Virus record (IMG/VR): IMGVR_UViG_2687453178_000004
Source: an uncultured virus (IMG/VR IMGVR_UViG_2687453178_000004)
Taxonomy: Duplodnaviria > Heunggongvirae > Uroviricota > Caudoviricetes
DNA: 64,000 nucleotides
Direction: 5' to 3' (one strand)
A model generated the notes under the pieces. That model ran no database searches and was not told the origin of the DNA. It saw only the letters and a program-made list of their open reading frames with translations. Shown piece after piece: positions 18,050-29,348 of the stretch (position 1 is the first letter of the stretch; each line of letters starts with the position of its first letter). The position numbers were made by a program, and so were the translations under genes.

Positions 18050-19759
18050 TTACAGATCTCCTAGACCTAACGCCATGTATCGTGCGACTGGTGACGCATT
18101 TTTACGCTGCTCTTCTACTCGTTGAGTCTGAGTTTTTAAGTTATCTCTAGCATTACTTGTTAGCTTGTCAGTGGCGTTATAAAAACCACTATAGTTAAGC
18201 CAGTCCATTGCCTGCCGTTGATCTTCAGGACTCAAATTCGCCGCCTTAATTGCTGCTAGCTTTTCCTGATAAGTTCCATCTGAGTTTATGATTTTTTCCC
18301 TCAGTGATTCCAATTTTCCTCGTCTGGAGGGCTCCTCCATTTTCTGTCCAGCAGCTTTCTTCTCATCATCCACAAACTCTTGAGACTTACTTATCAGTGT
18401 TTCATTCGGTGGTATTTTCGTAACATGTTTACCCTCCTTAATCATGCCTTGAATAGTTTCGTTTATCTCACTAGGCTTTGCGGTTGGATTTTTCAACAGA
18501 TCAGTCTGAATTTTTGATCTAGCATATTCTGAAAACTCATAACCTGGATACGACTCAACAAACTCTTGCGTTCGTTCTCTTACCTTACTTTGCGCTTGCT
18601 CTCTGGCTAAGCCTTGAGGGTCATAACCGGTGAGTGACAAGTACATCATTGTATGACGATCTAGCGCCCTCTCCCTTTCTCGGTTCAAGCGATCAATTTC
18701 ATTCAGATAATCTTCTTCATTGCCGAACATACTGCGGTCAAGCTTGGCAATCTGTTCATCATACTTACTATTAATTCCGTTTTGTTCAGATAGCTGTTGC
18801 TTCGCTAATTGAGTCATTGAAGAAGATGGCCCACTAGAGCTAGATCGACTAGAACGGCCACCAGATACAACATTGCCATTTTCATCGAAGTTCAGAGATC
18901 GACCTGTTTGAAGTTGACGCCAGTTGTTCAACTCTTCACGGTTTAAATGTTGACGAGTATCAATAATGGTTTTCATTCGATTACTAAACTCCGACAACGG
19001 CACAACTAAGATATTGTCATCAGGTTTGCTTGTTCGGTTTTGAGTGACCGGAACAGTGACAGTTTTTCCATTATCAAGCGTTAAATCTTGCTCAATAACT
19101 GCCCCACCGCCTTGAATGATTTGAACCGACGAAACTTTTCTCTCAACTATTTGATGTTGCTTACCATCCTTATCCGTGTAGATCGTAGGTAAACCTTTTG
19201 CCTTGGTGATTTCAGGCATCAATGTTTCCACTGCATTGATCAGCATTGGGTCATTTTCCGCTGGCATTTCACCTTGTGCCATCTTGTTGAACAAAGTTGC
19301 TGCTTCGCCCAAAGCCTTGCCAGTATTACTACCAAGAATATTGTTCAAATCGAATTGGGGATTTTTAGCTACATATTCGGTAAATTCAGGCGTTTCCATT
19401 AATGAAAAATCACCGCTGACAATCGCCTTATCAATCGCTGGAAGGAAAATGTTTTTCAAACCTTCTTCACGCTCCATAAGCGTTTTCTTGTGGTTGTATT
19501 CTTCCTGCTGTTGCTTAAATATTTGCGCTTCCCTATCCCAGTTTACTTCCGCTTGCTTACGAGATTTGTCTAACCATGCAAGTTCGCTTTCGAGCCTCTT
19601 CATTCGAAGGTCTTGCTCTTTAATACCTCTTTCGAACTGAATATCTTCTCGTTGTTGCAAAACTTTCTGACGTTCACGATCTTGTTGTCGGTTATACAAA
19701 TCGACCAAACCGGCACCAGAGCGAACACCCTCGTTAAAACTGCCAATAACGTTTGCCAT
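18050..19759 (-). CDS. Putative internal virion (ejection) protein
   Basis: Charged, helical 569-aa protein in the ejection-protein cluster. Confidence 0.65.
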   Translation of the reverse strand: MANVIGSFNEGVRSGAGLVDLYNRQQDRERQKVLQQREDIQFERGIKEQDLRMKRLESELAWLDKSRKQAEVNWDREAQIFKQQQEEYNHKKTLMEREEGLKNIFLPAIDKAIVSGDFSLMETPEFTEYVAKNPQFDLNNILGSNTGKALGEAATLFNKMAQGEMPAENDPMLINAVETLMPEITKAKGLPTIYTDKDGKQHQIVERKVSSVQIIQGGGAVIEQDLTLDNGKTVTVPVTQNRTSKPDDNILVVPLSEFSNRMKTIIDTRQHLNREELNNWRQLQTGRSLNFDENGNVVSGGRSSRSSSSGPSSSMTQLAKQQLSEQNGINSKYDEQIAKLDRSMFGNEEDYLNEIDRLNRERERALDRHTMMYLSLTGYDPQGLAREQAQSKVRERTQEFVESYPGYEFSEYARSKIQTDLLKNPTAKPSEINETIQGMIKEGKHVTKIPPNETLISKSQEFVDDEKKAAGQKMEEPSRRGKLESLREKIINSDGTYQEKLAAIKAANLSPEDQRQAMDWLNYSGFYNATDKLTSNARDNLKTQTQRVEEQRKNASPVARYMALGLGDL

Positions 19760-19771
19760 AACAATCCCCCA

Positions 19772-20011
19772 TTAAAACAATGATGCAGCTAGACCACCGA
19801 CAACCGCACCAATACCAGCACCAATTGGGCCGCCTACACTAAGGCCAATCGCTGCACCAGTACCGATACCTGACGCGATGCCTTTCTTATATTGCTGATC
19901 TAGTTCTTCATTCACTTGCTTGCGTTTCTGCTCCTGATTTGCAAGGTTGCGATATGTATCAAGAGAGTTTCTTGCACTGTTTCGACCAATATCAATTAGA
20001 CCGTATCCCAT
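19772..20011 (-). CDS. Small Gly-rich putative virion/pilot protein
   Basis: C-terminal glycine zipper GIGTGAAIG...GPIGAGIGAVVGG; operon context. Confidence 0.65.
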   Translation of the reverse strand: MGYGLIDIGRNSARNSLDTYRNLANQEQKRKQVNEELDQQYKKGIASGIGTGAAIGLSVGGPIGAGIGAVVGGLAASLF

Positions 20012-20012
20012 G

Positions 20013-20519
20013 TTAACCCCCTATACCTCCAACTGAGTTAATCAAGTTTTTGCTACCAGACGAAACACCAGTCATCAATCCAACTTGCAGATCACCAATG
20101 GCTTGACGAGTGTTGTTATTGGTCGAAGCTAACGCTAATGCGTTGTTCATTTCTAAGTTGCGCTTTTGTTGATTAGTTCGCAGATCTCCAAGACCGTACT
20201 TTTTAGTTGCATTTGCTGCATTGATATTGGCTTGCTCTAAGTTTTTAGTTGCGTTCTCGGCGTTACGTTCCAATTGGTTGTTTAGCAGCTTATCGCTCAT
20301 AGCAAAGTCAATAAGCTGGTTCTCATACTTTTGGAATCGGTTTAGGTAATCTTCATACTGCTTTCTAGTAAGGTTTGCGTATATATATTCAGGATCACCA
20401 CCAGCGCTTACAGTCATGTTCTTAGCGACATTGCTCTCACTTGTTCTCGCTACAGGAGTTTGCAATGCCGCTGTTCCTGTGTTTGGATTGTAATAACCTA
20501 ATCCACCCTCTTGAGGCAT
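20013..20519 (-). CDS. Putative internal virion protein
   Basis: N/Q/A-rich helical protein; GGGAG RBS; operon context. Confidence 0.6.
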   Translation of the reverse strand: MPQEGGLGYYNPNTGTAALQTPVARTSESNVAKNMTVSAGGDPEYIYANLTRKQYEDYLNRFQKYENQLIDFAMSDKLLNNQLERNAENATKNLEQANINAANATKKYGLGDLRTNQQKRNLEMNNALALASTNNNTRQAIGDLQVGLMTGVSSGSKNLINSVGGIGG

Positions 20520-20540
20520 GATTATCTCCCCCCTTGCCGT

Positions 20541-21218
20541 TTAACTTAAACCGTATGAACTAGCATCGCCCATTGGCGAAAAACCATCATTTGACTGCAT
20601 GTTTTTGTAAGTATTTGGCTTGAAGTAATCACTTAATCCCTGTTTTTCACTGGATAACAATTCTTCATCTTCTTTAGTGCCAGTAAGTAGTGAAGTACCA
20701 GCTCCAACAACCGCCGCTGGAATAGACACGGCGTTAGCTTCGTTTATTGCAGCTTGGTTTGCCTTGTGAGCGGAAGCTGCTGCAATGTCGTTAAGCCCTG
20801 CGGTTGCTTGAGTCGCCTGACCTCTCCCCATTGCAACAACGTTTTGAAGGTTGCCAGTAAAACGCTCTGTTACGTTATGCTGACCCTGCGCGGCAGTTTG
20901 CACTTCATTGGCATTTGAGCCAGAAATAATGTCACTCGTTGCGCTAGATGCTTTACCAGAACTTGGATTAAATCCAGATGCAGACAATTGTTTTTGAGTC
21001 TGATTGACGGCTGAACTCGTTGCGCTGTTCGCCGTTGTGTTGGCCGCTCCTGCTATTCTTTCGTAGTTAGCCTCATCACCCATTGTTTGAGTGATATGAG
21101 CGTATTCATTTTCTACTGGAACAAATACATCTTGATATCTATTCCACTCTTTCGCCGCAACTTGAGCCGCCGCAATCTGATCGGCAGTTGGTTTTACTTC
21201 TTCTGCCCCTTTACTCAT
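20541..21218 (-). CDS. Putative internal virion protein
   Basis: Ala/Ser/Gln-rich with an MSKG start, as is typical of podovirus ejection proteins. Confidence 0.6.
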   Translation of the reverse strand: MSKGAEEVKPTADQIAAAQVAAKEWNRYQDVFVPVENEYAHITQTMGDEANYERIAGAANTTANSATSSAVNQTQKQLSASGFNPSSGKASSATSDIISGSNANEVQTAAQGQHNVTERFTGNLQNVVAMGRGQATQATAGLNDIAAASAHKANQAAINEANAVSIPAAVVGAGTSLLTGTKEDEELLSSEKQGLSDYFKPNTYKNMQSNDGFSPMGDASSYGLS

Positions 21219-21633
21219 TATTCACCAGCCTTTTCTCAAACCTGATTAAACCTTGCTCATTGTACCCCACTTTTTTAAATCCGTGAGCACGCCAAAGCCT
21301 GTACACACCTGCTCTTCGAGCTAATGATACGATCCTTTTTGCCCCCACATCTTTAGCAAGCCGATAGTACGCATTAATGTAATCTGATATACCATGGCCG
21401 TTATCAGACCAACCGAAAACCACATACATAACGATCTCGTTATCTTCGTGATCCACCTCCAAAACCGCACCACAACGCTCCCCTATAAACAAGTGAGCTT
21501 TCCCCCTGTCCAACTTGCTGATCACCTCTTTTGGCAAATCTGGCAAATCATCACGACTAGCTACATATACAAGCTTTCGAACAAGCATATAGATGTAGTC
21601 ATTGTGATTAGCTTTTGTAAACTTCATAGCCAA
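21211..21633 (-). CDS. Phage protein, possible GNAT-like virion assembly factor
   Basis: Lies between tail and ejection genes; LAKDVGAKRI..RRAG..RLWRAHGF pattern. Confidence 0.55.
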   Translation of the reverse strand: MAMKFTKANHNDYIYMLVRKLVYVASRDDLPDLPKEVISKLDRGKAHLFIGERCGAVLEVDHEDNEIVMYVVFGWSDNGHGISDYINAYYRLAKDVGAKRIVSLARRAGVYRLWRAHGFKKVGYNEQGLIRFEKRLVNNE

Positions 21634-21645
21634 TTACTCACTGCA

Positions 21646-24141
21646 TTACTCAACAACAAAGGCTCGTTTTTTATAGACTGACATTTCCATGGTTTGCTTA
21701 TAGAACGAGATAGTGCCGCTCGTGGTTGAACCGGAAACTGATCCAGTCATATACACGTTAAAAACGGTACTTCCCGTCAGATTACTTTCTGGTAGATCGA
21801 TGTAAGTATATTTGCCAGCATTCGAAGAAATATCTTTAAGCAAAGTGACTCGTTGCAAAGTTCCATACTTGTCCTGATATTCAACATATACAGCCACACC
21901 AACACCAACGGCACTACTGTAGCCAACCGGAGCAATTCTTAGTTCTCGTGCGATTTTTGCGTTTTCAACGCTAAATGACCCAACTTTCCAAGCCGCGCCG
22001 TTATTTGATCGCGTCACGGTTTCCTGCTGTACGTTTTGCTTTTCCATTGTTATTTGAGTAAATACGTCGCCAATAATTTGGTTTACGTACAAACGGCCAT
22101 TGATAGTACAAGTGTCCGCAATTGTGACGTTGTTTAGAACACCAGATGTCGCGGTAATTTTCCCCGAAACATCGGCACCAACCATTTTTGCCACACCAGC
22201 CGCGCTCACATAGAACTTGCTGTTCGGGTCATTAATCGTTGACGCTCGTAGCGTTACGTTTGCGATCACTGTATTTGCTTGCACGCTTGTTGCCACTACA
22301 TCACCAGCAACCAGATCTCTAATGTCTGCAACCTTGATTGATGCAGTGTCTATTGCGAGTACGTATTTTGGCGGAGCTGTACCAACTTGGCCGCCGTTAA
22401 CCCAATCCTGATAGGCTGGGTTTTTGATAGTGCCAAAAACCGGAACGATGCTGTTGCTACCTGTACCACCAGTATTCTTGTCGTAAGCGACCTTAAACCC
22501 TGCGTTCTTAACAACAAATTCTGCGTTTGCTGTGCTCGTATCAGTGGAAGACTTGGCTATAAGAGCAACACTAGCCGTCATTCCACCTATGCTTGTTTTA
22601 ACGCCCCACAACGCAGAATAGCCATCATCAAGATCGGCCAATGCTTCACTAATCTGTGTGACTGAAGATGAAACGCCGTTAACCGTTGCATTAACTTTTC
22701 CAATCTCGGTACTAATCGCCTGATTGGTTTGCGTCTTTGTGTAGTAGTTCTTGGATAGATTCGAGCTAACACCGTCAATTGATGATTGCAGCGTCAAAGC
22801 AGATTTAGCAATGGCCTGATCGGTTTGCGCTTCAGTGTAATAGTTGTTGGCTAAGTTACTCTCAACCTCTCCAATTTTTGAAGACAATGAATTGGTTGCA
22901 ATATTGATCGCCTTTTCAGTATCAACCCACGTTTTATAGTTGGTTGATAGATTGCTCTCAACTCCTTCAATTGACGCTGACAACGACGTATTTAATTGAG
23001 AAATTGCTGACGTTAGCTTGGCGTTCGTCGCGTAGTTTTGCTCAATGCCTGAAATCGAATCACCTAACTGAGTTTCGAGATCTAACTTGGCTGTAGATAT
23101 AGCCTTATCAAGCTCAACTTGAGTCGCAAACTCTTGGCCTACCTGCGCAAGAATTGACTCCCCATTAGACTGAATTTCTGACTTAACAGACTCTCTTAAT
23201 GCCGATAACGCGCTATCAACTTCAACCTTCGTTGCGTACTCTCGTTTGATCTGAGCAAGAATTGATGTCTCGTTTTCCTCGATCTGAGAAGTAACCGACT
23301 CTCTTAAAACCGCCATTGCCTTATCGGTTTCAACTGCTGTGTAGTAGTTGGTTTCAATCTCGGCCCTTAATGTCCGGTTCTCTTCTCTGCGAAATGCGCT
23401 TTCCTTATCAACGGTTACAGCGTTTTGCATAGCTGCTTCCGCTAATAATACGTCGATATTCTCAATAGTTTCTGCGTCTGGAATGGATGAAAAATCAATG
23501 CCTTCTAATGCCTCCGGTAAAGGAATTAGTTCGGGATGTTCTTCCATCTCCTTAATGATCAGGTCAAGATAATATTGAGGGTCAACAACGCTCTTTGCAT
23601 GAGTACCATTAATTGAGTTAATCGCTGAACGTTCGCCTTTTAGGTTTACGAACTTGATCCAATAGTAATAATCACCTGTAGGCTCAATCGGCAATGACGC
23701 AACGCTAGACGGAGTTGTTTGCACCACAATAGCATTTGCAAATACGTTATCTCTTGCTTGATAAATTTCGGTGTAAGCATGGCCTTTATATGGCGCGGTA
23801 TCCCACGAAAGCAGTGCGATACCAAAGCCAGATTTAACCACTAAGTTTTGTGGTGTAGTTGGCGTCTGAACTTCCTCACCAACAATCGGATCACCACTAC
23901 CGCCGTCCGAACTTGGGATATTAATTGTGCTCTGTAATTTGCCGTTTCTGTAGTCAGCAAAACCAAGCTTTTTCATATCTTCCCAAAGGACGGCTTTTTT
24001 GCCGCCCTCGCCACGCATACCGATCAACTGTTCCAAGTTGTCGGCAACTGCATCCATTACAGCGTCACTTCCTTTCTTGTGGGGAATAGATTGGAATTTA
24101 CCCTTTAGCTTTTTGCCGCCTTGTAATGTACGAACTGCCAT
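21646..24141 (-). CDS. Tail tip/fibre-like structural protein
   Basis: FN3-like N-terminal region (YYYWIKFVN), about 30-aa NYYT repeats, TipJ-like C-terminal region (ITATSGVLNNVTI). Confidence 0.7.
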   Translation of the reverse strand: MAVRTLQGGKKLKGKFQSIPHKKGSDAVMDAVADNLEQLIGMRGEGGKKAVLWEDMKKLGFADYRNGKLQSTINIPSSDGGSGDPIVGEEVQTPTTPQNLVVKSGFGIALLSWDTAPYKGHAYTEIYQARDNVFANAIVVQTTPSSVASLPIEPTGDYYYWIKFVNLKGERSAINSINGTHAKSVVDPQYYLDLIIKEMEEHPELIPLPEALEGIDFSSIPDAETIENIDVLLAEAAMQNAVTVDKESAFRREENRTLRAEIETNYYTAVETDKAMAVLRESVTSQIEENETSILAQIKREYATKVEVDSALSALRESVKSEIQSNGESILAQVGQEFATQVELDKAISTAKLDLETQLGDSISGIEQNYATNAKLTSAISQLNTSLSASIEGVESNLSTNYKTWVDTEKAINIATNSLSSKIGEVESNLANNYYTEAQTDQAIAKSALTLQSSIDGVSSNLSKNYYTKTQTNQAISTEIGKVNATVNGVSSSVTQISEALADLDDGYSALWGVKTSIGGMTASVALIAKSSTDTSTANAEFVVKNAGFKVAYDKNTGGTGSNSIVPVFGTIKNPAYQDWVNGGQVGTAPPKYVLAIDTASIKVADIRDLVAGDVVATSVQANTVIANVTLRASTINDPNSKFYVSAAGVAKMVGADVSGKITATSGVLNNVTIADTCTINGRLYVNQIIGDVFTQITMEKQNVQQETVTRSNNGAAWKVGSFSVENAKIARELRIAPVGYSSAVGVGVAVYVEYQDKYGTLQRVTLLKDISSNAGKYTYIDLPESNLTGSTVFNVYMTGSVSGSTTSGTISFYKQTMEMSVYKKRAFVVE

Positions 24142-25752
24142 TTACCCGTAAACCTCTGCCATACTAGAAGCAATGATCACCTCTTCTAATATTCCAGTGC
24201 CATAAACTTCAAATTGCCATGAGTTGCCCCTTGCTGGTGGAATACGTATAGGTCGATCAGTTAACGTACCTATCTCGTAATCTTTGATGACGACTCCATC
24301 AACGATAATTTTCATTCCAACCAATGTCGGATCTTCCGCTCGGATATACAGCGTACTAAGTGTTGGATACATGGCGTAATACTCTTTAGAACGCCAAACA
24401 TACGCTTTAGGTTGGCCCTTGTTCCATTCAGCCAATTTTGTTCCATCTTCGCTTCGAACATAAAGCGTACCTGTCACTAAGTCAGTAAATCCAAGGTTTG
24501 AACCTAGAGAATGGAACGTAATTCCACCCGTTTTAGGGTCGAATATGAACGACTTATCAAGCGTCTTTCCGTAAAAAGCCAAATACTTTCCATCGTAGTA
24601 GTAAGCTTCAATGGTTTCTGGCTCCAATGCTTCCCACTGCTTAGAGTCAATAATATCTTTGGTAATTAGCTCAACGTCTTGACCAGTGAACGCACAAAGG
24701 CCATGAGGAGACGCATAGATAATTAGGTTGTCGATATTTCTCATAGAGCGCTTGGAAACACACGCTTGCATAGACTCAAGCTTTCGCCCACTGATCGCAT
24801 CACTGGTGATACCTTGGAACACCCAAGGGTAACCTTTCGTGCCAACCAATAGCATATTGCTCACTGATTCCATTGCTACGATTTCGTGCTCTGTTGTGAG
24901 CTGATAATCTACAGGCCATGCGTGAAGTAAATACGGCTCACTAAAACAAACAGTTCGGTCATAGCCACCAGCCATAATTCCGTTAGGCATTAGGGTTAAA
25001 AACCGTAGCTTTTTGTTAGGCATTTCGTATTTTTCACTTTCCAACGGGAACCCAAGATCATCGGCTGACTTATCATCCACAAACGTATTTTGTGAAATCG
25101 GAATTTCCCCAACCAGATAGAAGTCAGAAACACCACCCTCTGTTGACGTTCTATAGATTCGACGTTTAGTGATATTGCCGGATAAAGCACCTTCACTTTG
25201 AAATGTCAGAGTAACCGTACTCTCTGGGAACTTAATTTCAGCTTGATTGCTGATCGGAGATTGCGCCCCTTCCTCTTCTTGTTCGCTAACAAGCGTGTAG
25301 ACATAAAAACGAGTTTCGTCGTCGGTTGCCTGATCCTCTTCAGGTAGCGGATCTGGTTCATTGACCTCGGCAGTTATGGCATGTTCTGGCGCTGGCACTC
25401 CCAACGGATAAGAACCAACGGGAAGATCACCAACACCATTAAATATCTGGTTATTGGTAACGCGAACTCCAGTATCACTTGTAAAATAAACACGGTTCCA
25501 AGGGTCACCAACAATTGGTGACACAACCACATCAACATCAGTTGACCACTTAAACCACCAATCCAAGAATTTATATACAGTCTTGTGATTTGCTTTTAAG
25601 CTTTCAGTAGTGTCCTTCAAGCCAAGGTAAGGTTGAAGGTTTCCAACCGGAAACTGACAATCTACCGCTTTTGTGGCGTATTCATTTGGTAGGAGTCTCG
25701 GCGTCTGTTTTGGCCGTTCTCCAAAGAAAGTAGCGACGTTAATTCTAGGCAT
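24142..25752 (-). CDS. Tail nozzle/stabilisation protein
   Basis: Beta-rich 536-aa protein with PRLLP, FSEPYLLHAWP and YVWRSK motifs. Confidence 0.65.
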   Translation of the reverse strand: MPRINVATFFGERPKQTPRLLPNEYATKAVDCQFPVGNLQPYLGLKDTTESLKANHKTVYKFLDWWFKWSTDVDVVVSPIVGDPWNRVYFTSDTGVRVTNNQIFNGVGDLPVGSYPLGVPAPEHAITAEVNEPDPLPEEDQATDDETRFYVYTLVSEQEEEGAQSPISNQAEIKFPESTVTLTFQSEGALSGNITKRRIYRTSTEGGVSDFYLVGEIPISQNTFVDDKSADDLGFPLESEKYEMPNKKLRFLTLMPNGIMAGGYDRTVCFSEPYLLHAWPVDYQLTTEHEIVAMESVSNMLLVGTKGYPWVFQGITSDAISGRKLESMQACVSKRSMRNIDNLIIYASPHGLCAFTGQDVELITKDIIDSKQWEALEPETIEAYYYDGKYLAFYGKTLDKSFIFDPKTGGITFHSLGSNLGFTDLVTGTLYVRSEDGTKLAEWNKGQPKAYVWRSKEYYAMYPTLSTLYIRAEDPTLVGMKIIVDGVVIKDYEIGTLTDRPIRIPPARGNSWQFEVYGTGILEEVIIASSMAEVYG

Positions 25753-25976
25753 TATTTACCTGCTCTCTCTTTGTAATCAGCAACGGCTTTCAATCCGGCA
25801 ACATCAGCCTGTAGAGCGCTGATATCTTGGCGAATATCTTTTACATCAGTGCCAATGTTTTGCTGAGTCGTCTCGATACTGTTCAAGCGATAATTCATCA
25901 CATAGCCAGTCCCAACTATCGAAGCACACAACATCACAACGCCTAGTGGATTGTTGTTTAGTAACTTCTCTAACAT
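25752..25976 (-). CDS. Small TM plus coiled-coil phage protein
   Basis: Start MLEKLL after GAAGGGG; one hydrophobic segment followed by heptads. Confidence 0.5.
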   Translation of the reverse strand: MLEKLLNNNPLGVVMLCASIVGTGYVMNYRLNSIETTQQNIGTDVKDIRQDISALQADVAGLKAVADYKERAGK

Positions 25977-26097
25977 CTTTCGCCCCTTCCAATTCGGGGC
26001 ACTTTCGCACCCCGTCATAAACTGCAATGCTTGACCAATAATAACTCGGAACAAAAACACTTTCTCGATTGAAAACAAAAATCACCAATCGAGAATC

Positions 26098-26958
26098 TTA
26101 GGCTTCTAAAAATTCGAATGGAGTTTGCATATCCCCCTCTGTCCAAGTGGCGTATTGATTAAATAGCTTTTCCAATCGAATAGCATAAGCATCTTTAATT
26201 TGCTGGATCTGATTGTACGTCAGTCTTACAGGTTCATTATTTGCTGCAATCCAGACCGTCTCTTTATCCAGCATATTATTGCGCTCTGCATACCATAGCG
26301 TTTCATCCATGTTGTTCCGGTCAACTTGGCGAACTTGGAACTCATATCCATGAATAAAGATGTTTGATAGTTTTATTTCATCTCGCAAAGCTTGCGCCTT
26401 GTTCCGATGAAACTCCGCGATCACATTGTCAGGTTTTCTCTCGACAACTGGCGTCTTGGTAACGGTAAATTCTTCGTCATTGACCAAATAATCGTATTCA
26501 CCATTATGAGTGTAATAATTAGCGTCGTATGGCACTTCAATCACTTCATAAACGGCGCGGCGATTTTGCATATCGATCACTGGCCGCGCTGGTGGCAACG
26601 TGGCAACTTCTTCACCATCTTCGCCAATAGTGATTTCAGGAACAAAGTTCTCTACATCCACCAGCCATTGAAGATATTGATCGTGGTTTACTTGAAAATC
26701 TTCCCAAGCAATTGCTCGTTCAAGCTCTGGCTTAACAACTTGCTCCCAAGACTTACGCTCACCGCGTCTTTGGTTTACATCATGAAAAGTAATCTCTTCA
26801 GGCTTATTAAGAACAATGACCGTGTATTGCTCGGTTATAGGGGAAGGTTCCTCCCCCTCTGTGTAGCCAATCACTCGTTCTCGAATATGTTCAGCATAGT
26901 AATGCCGGATATTCTCATCAATATCGGTTAAGGCCGTGTAGTCGGTATCAATGATCAT
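26098..26958 (-). CDS. Tail fibre assembly/chaperone-like protein (DUF4376-like C-terminus)
   Basis: Overlaps the tail fibre stop; FQVRQVDRNN..WIAANNEPVRLT motif. Confidence 0.6.
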   Translation of the reverse strand: MIIDTDYTALTDIDENIRHYYAEHIRERVIGYTEGEEPSPITEQYTVIVLNKPEEITFHDVNQRRGERKSWEQVVKPELERAIAWEDFQVNHDQYLQWLVDVENFVPEITIGEDGEEVATLPPARPVIDMQNRRAVYEVIEVPYDANYYTHNGEYDYLVNDEEFTVTKTPVVERKPDNVIAEFHRNKAQALRDEIKLSNIFIHGYEFQVRQVDRNNMDETLWYAERNNMLDKETVWIAANNEPVRLTYNQIQQIKDAYAIRLEKLFNQYATWTEGDMQTPFEFLEA

Positions 26959-29348
26959 AAATCCACCCCACTGACTTGAGAACCAGCACGAGCTTTATTC
27001 TTTGTGTAACCGTATGGAATTGCCAGCTCATGCGTACCATATAGACAAGTATCGCCATTGAGGTTTATGAATGTTCCAATACCGTCAATGATTCGAACTG
27101 TTGAATCGTCGCCCCAACCGTCACCTGTATATAGTTGAATTGTACTTACTGCATTTGAAGACTTACTTTTTATCACATTGTTTGCGTCAACATAGTAAGC
27201 GGTATAGTCCACTGGAATACTAGCCTCATTACCATTCCAAATAACGAGTCTGCCATTCAATGCACTTCCAGCAACGTTAACAAGATAAATAGCACCACGC
27301 TTACGAAGCATTTGAGCACCAGTGTCAACAATTGGATTGGTGAACGGCTTGTAAACTAACTCATTCCAAGCAAAGTTCAATGAACACTGCTGGTTATCAG
27401 CAGTTTGATACCATAGAGCTTTAACAGCAGGACTGTTATTACTTGGTGCAGGCATTGTAATTGGTGAATGTACTGTTGGGTCATTAACTGAAGTTGCTAA
27501 ACGTTGAGCACCACGTTCCCAACCTAAACGAGTGATAGGATGGAAAGCACCACCAGTACTTGCAGCACTACTTGTACATACTTTACCCATCAATGATTCA
27601 GCAAGTTTTACACTCCACCATAAATGGGAGTGACAAATCTCAGTAACTAAACCAAGACCTTCATGCTGATTTAGTACTACTTTATTGGTACTTACCTTAG
27701 TCTGTTTAGCAAATGCTGTGTAGTTATAAACATTTATTCTATTTACTGGTAAAGAGGAAGTAAAACTGTTAGTTGTTATATTGTAGTTGGTAGCGGTAGA
27801 AAACCATGTAACACCGTTATCTGTGGTGTACTGAGTAGTACCTTGTTCTAAACCCTTACGAGTAAGTTTACACTCTTTACTCGTACCATCAGGGATAACC
27901 GGAATCCAACCACCTAACCAACCATTGGCCAATGCAGGAGTAGCAAGAATCTTAGCAGGAGAACCAACTACATCTACTTGAGTGAAGTCACCTGATACAG
28001 GGATGTTGGTAGTAATATGTTGTACAAAGTACATTGGTTTATTACTGACAATATCTTGAACAACTCCATTAGGCTTAGTATTTTCCCATGCACTTTGCCC
28101 ACAGTAGATTTGTGTAGTGCTTGAACCAGATGCTTGGAATAGGTACGTAACAGGAAATACCTTAGACTCTTGAACCAACCAACCAATAATAGGGGCAGAT
28201 GCACCAGACGTACCTAATGCACCATCGCTAATTACAAAGTCAGCAGCAGAGGCATTCCACTTATACATCCCAGACACAACACCTTGATATGTTGCACCTT
28301 GAGTACTACCAAATACTTTAGTCTTAGTAAGTAATTCTTCACCACGATAAGTACCATTAACTACTTTCTGGAAGATCTTAGAAGCTTCTTCCTTGCTACC
28401 CATATCGCAAGCAGATAGACGGTAGTCAATTACACCACCTTGACCTGAAGCATAGATAGCGTCATAGAACTTACCATCCGGTCTACCACAGAATTTATCT
28501 CCTGCGGCTATAGACCCACTAAGTGTTGAACTTGATGCAGTAGAGCCTACAACTTTACCAACTAAATATGGGTAAGAAGTACGATTTGCACCAGTAAAGT
28601 CAAAGCAATCTGCTGTATTTTTTAAAGGTACTGCATCGACTGCATACCATTTTCTTGACCAATCTCTACCAGTTGTTTCTAGTACAGAAGCTGAACCCAT
28701 AGGGTTAAAGCTAGGATGGTAAGCACCTTGGTTCAGTCTAGGAACTACACCACATACGTGGAAGTAACAATGACCATCAACAGAAATAGTTGTGTCATCA
28801 GTAAGTTCCCACACACCTAACTGTTTATGGTTAGCAGAGTTGTGTGTAATACCTACAAAAGTTCTAGCCCAAGACGGAGTTAAAATTGAATCACTGGAAC
28901 CCTGTGCTTGAACACAATCATTTAAGATAGGGCTTGTACTATACAAAGTAGCATTACCAGTAACTAAAGATAGATCAGCCCACTTACCATTACCCGCACC
29001 TGCAATAGTACGTTGACGCACACGCCATTGAACAAGTCGGCCATCATCAAGTAAATAAATGTTGTGATCAGGATTAGAGACTAAAGCTCTCTTTTGAGCA
29101 TCAGTTGCAGCCCAAAAATCAACGCCTTTACCCTTCGAAGTTGTATCTCCATCGAATACCGAATAGTAGGTAATAGGACGATTCGATTCTTTTGTTGCAA
29201 TCCCTTCGATGCTTGTTAGTTTTGACTGAATACAACCATAAGGGTAAACAAATGGATTGGCCTTGCTGATTTCTTCTAAGAAGTACTCAAAACCAAACAA
29301 ATCTACACGGTTGATTACTACTTCTTCGGTAGCGAGAGAAACTGATAC

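Larger units (their letters stand above)
15675..18050 (-). pseudogene. HExxH (ImmA/IrrE-like) metallopeptidase gene, about 188 aa when intact, split by IS200/IS605
   Basis: QLAHEAIH and WLEEGVA motifs; N-terminal part MYYTEELK...AFY (18050-17990) joins in frame to HKILKLAIED after IS removal. Confidence 0.7.
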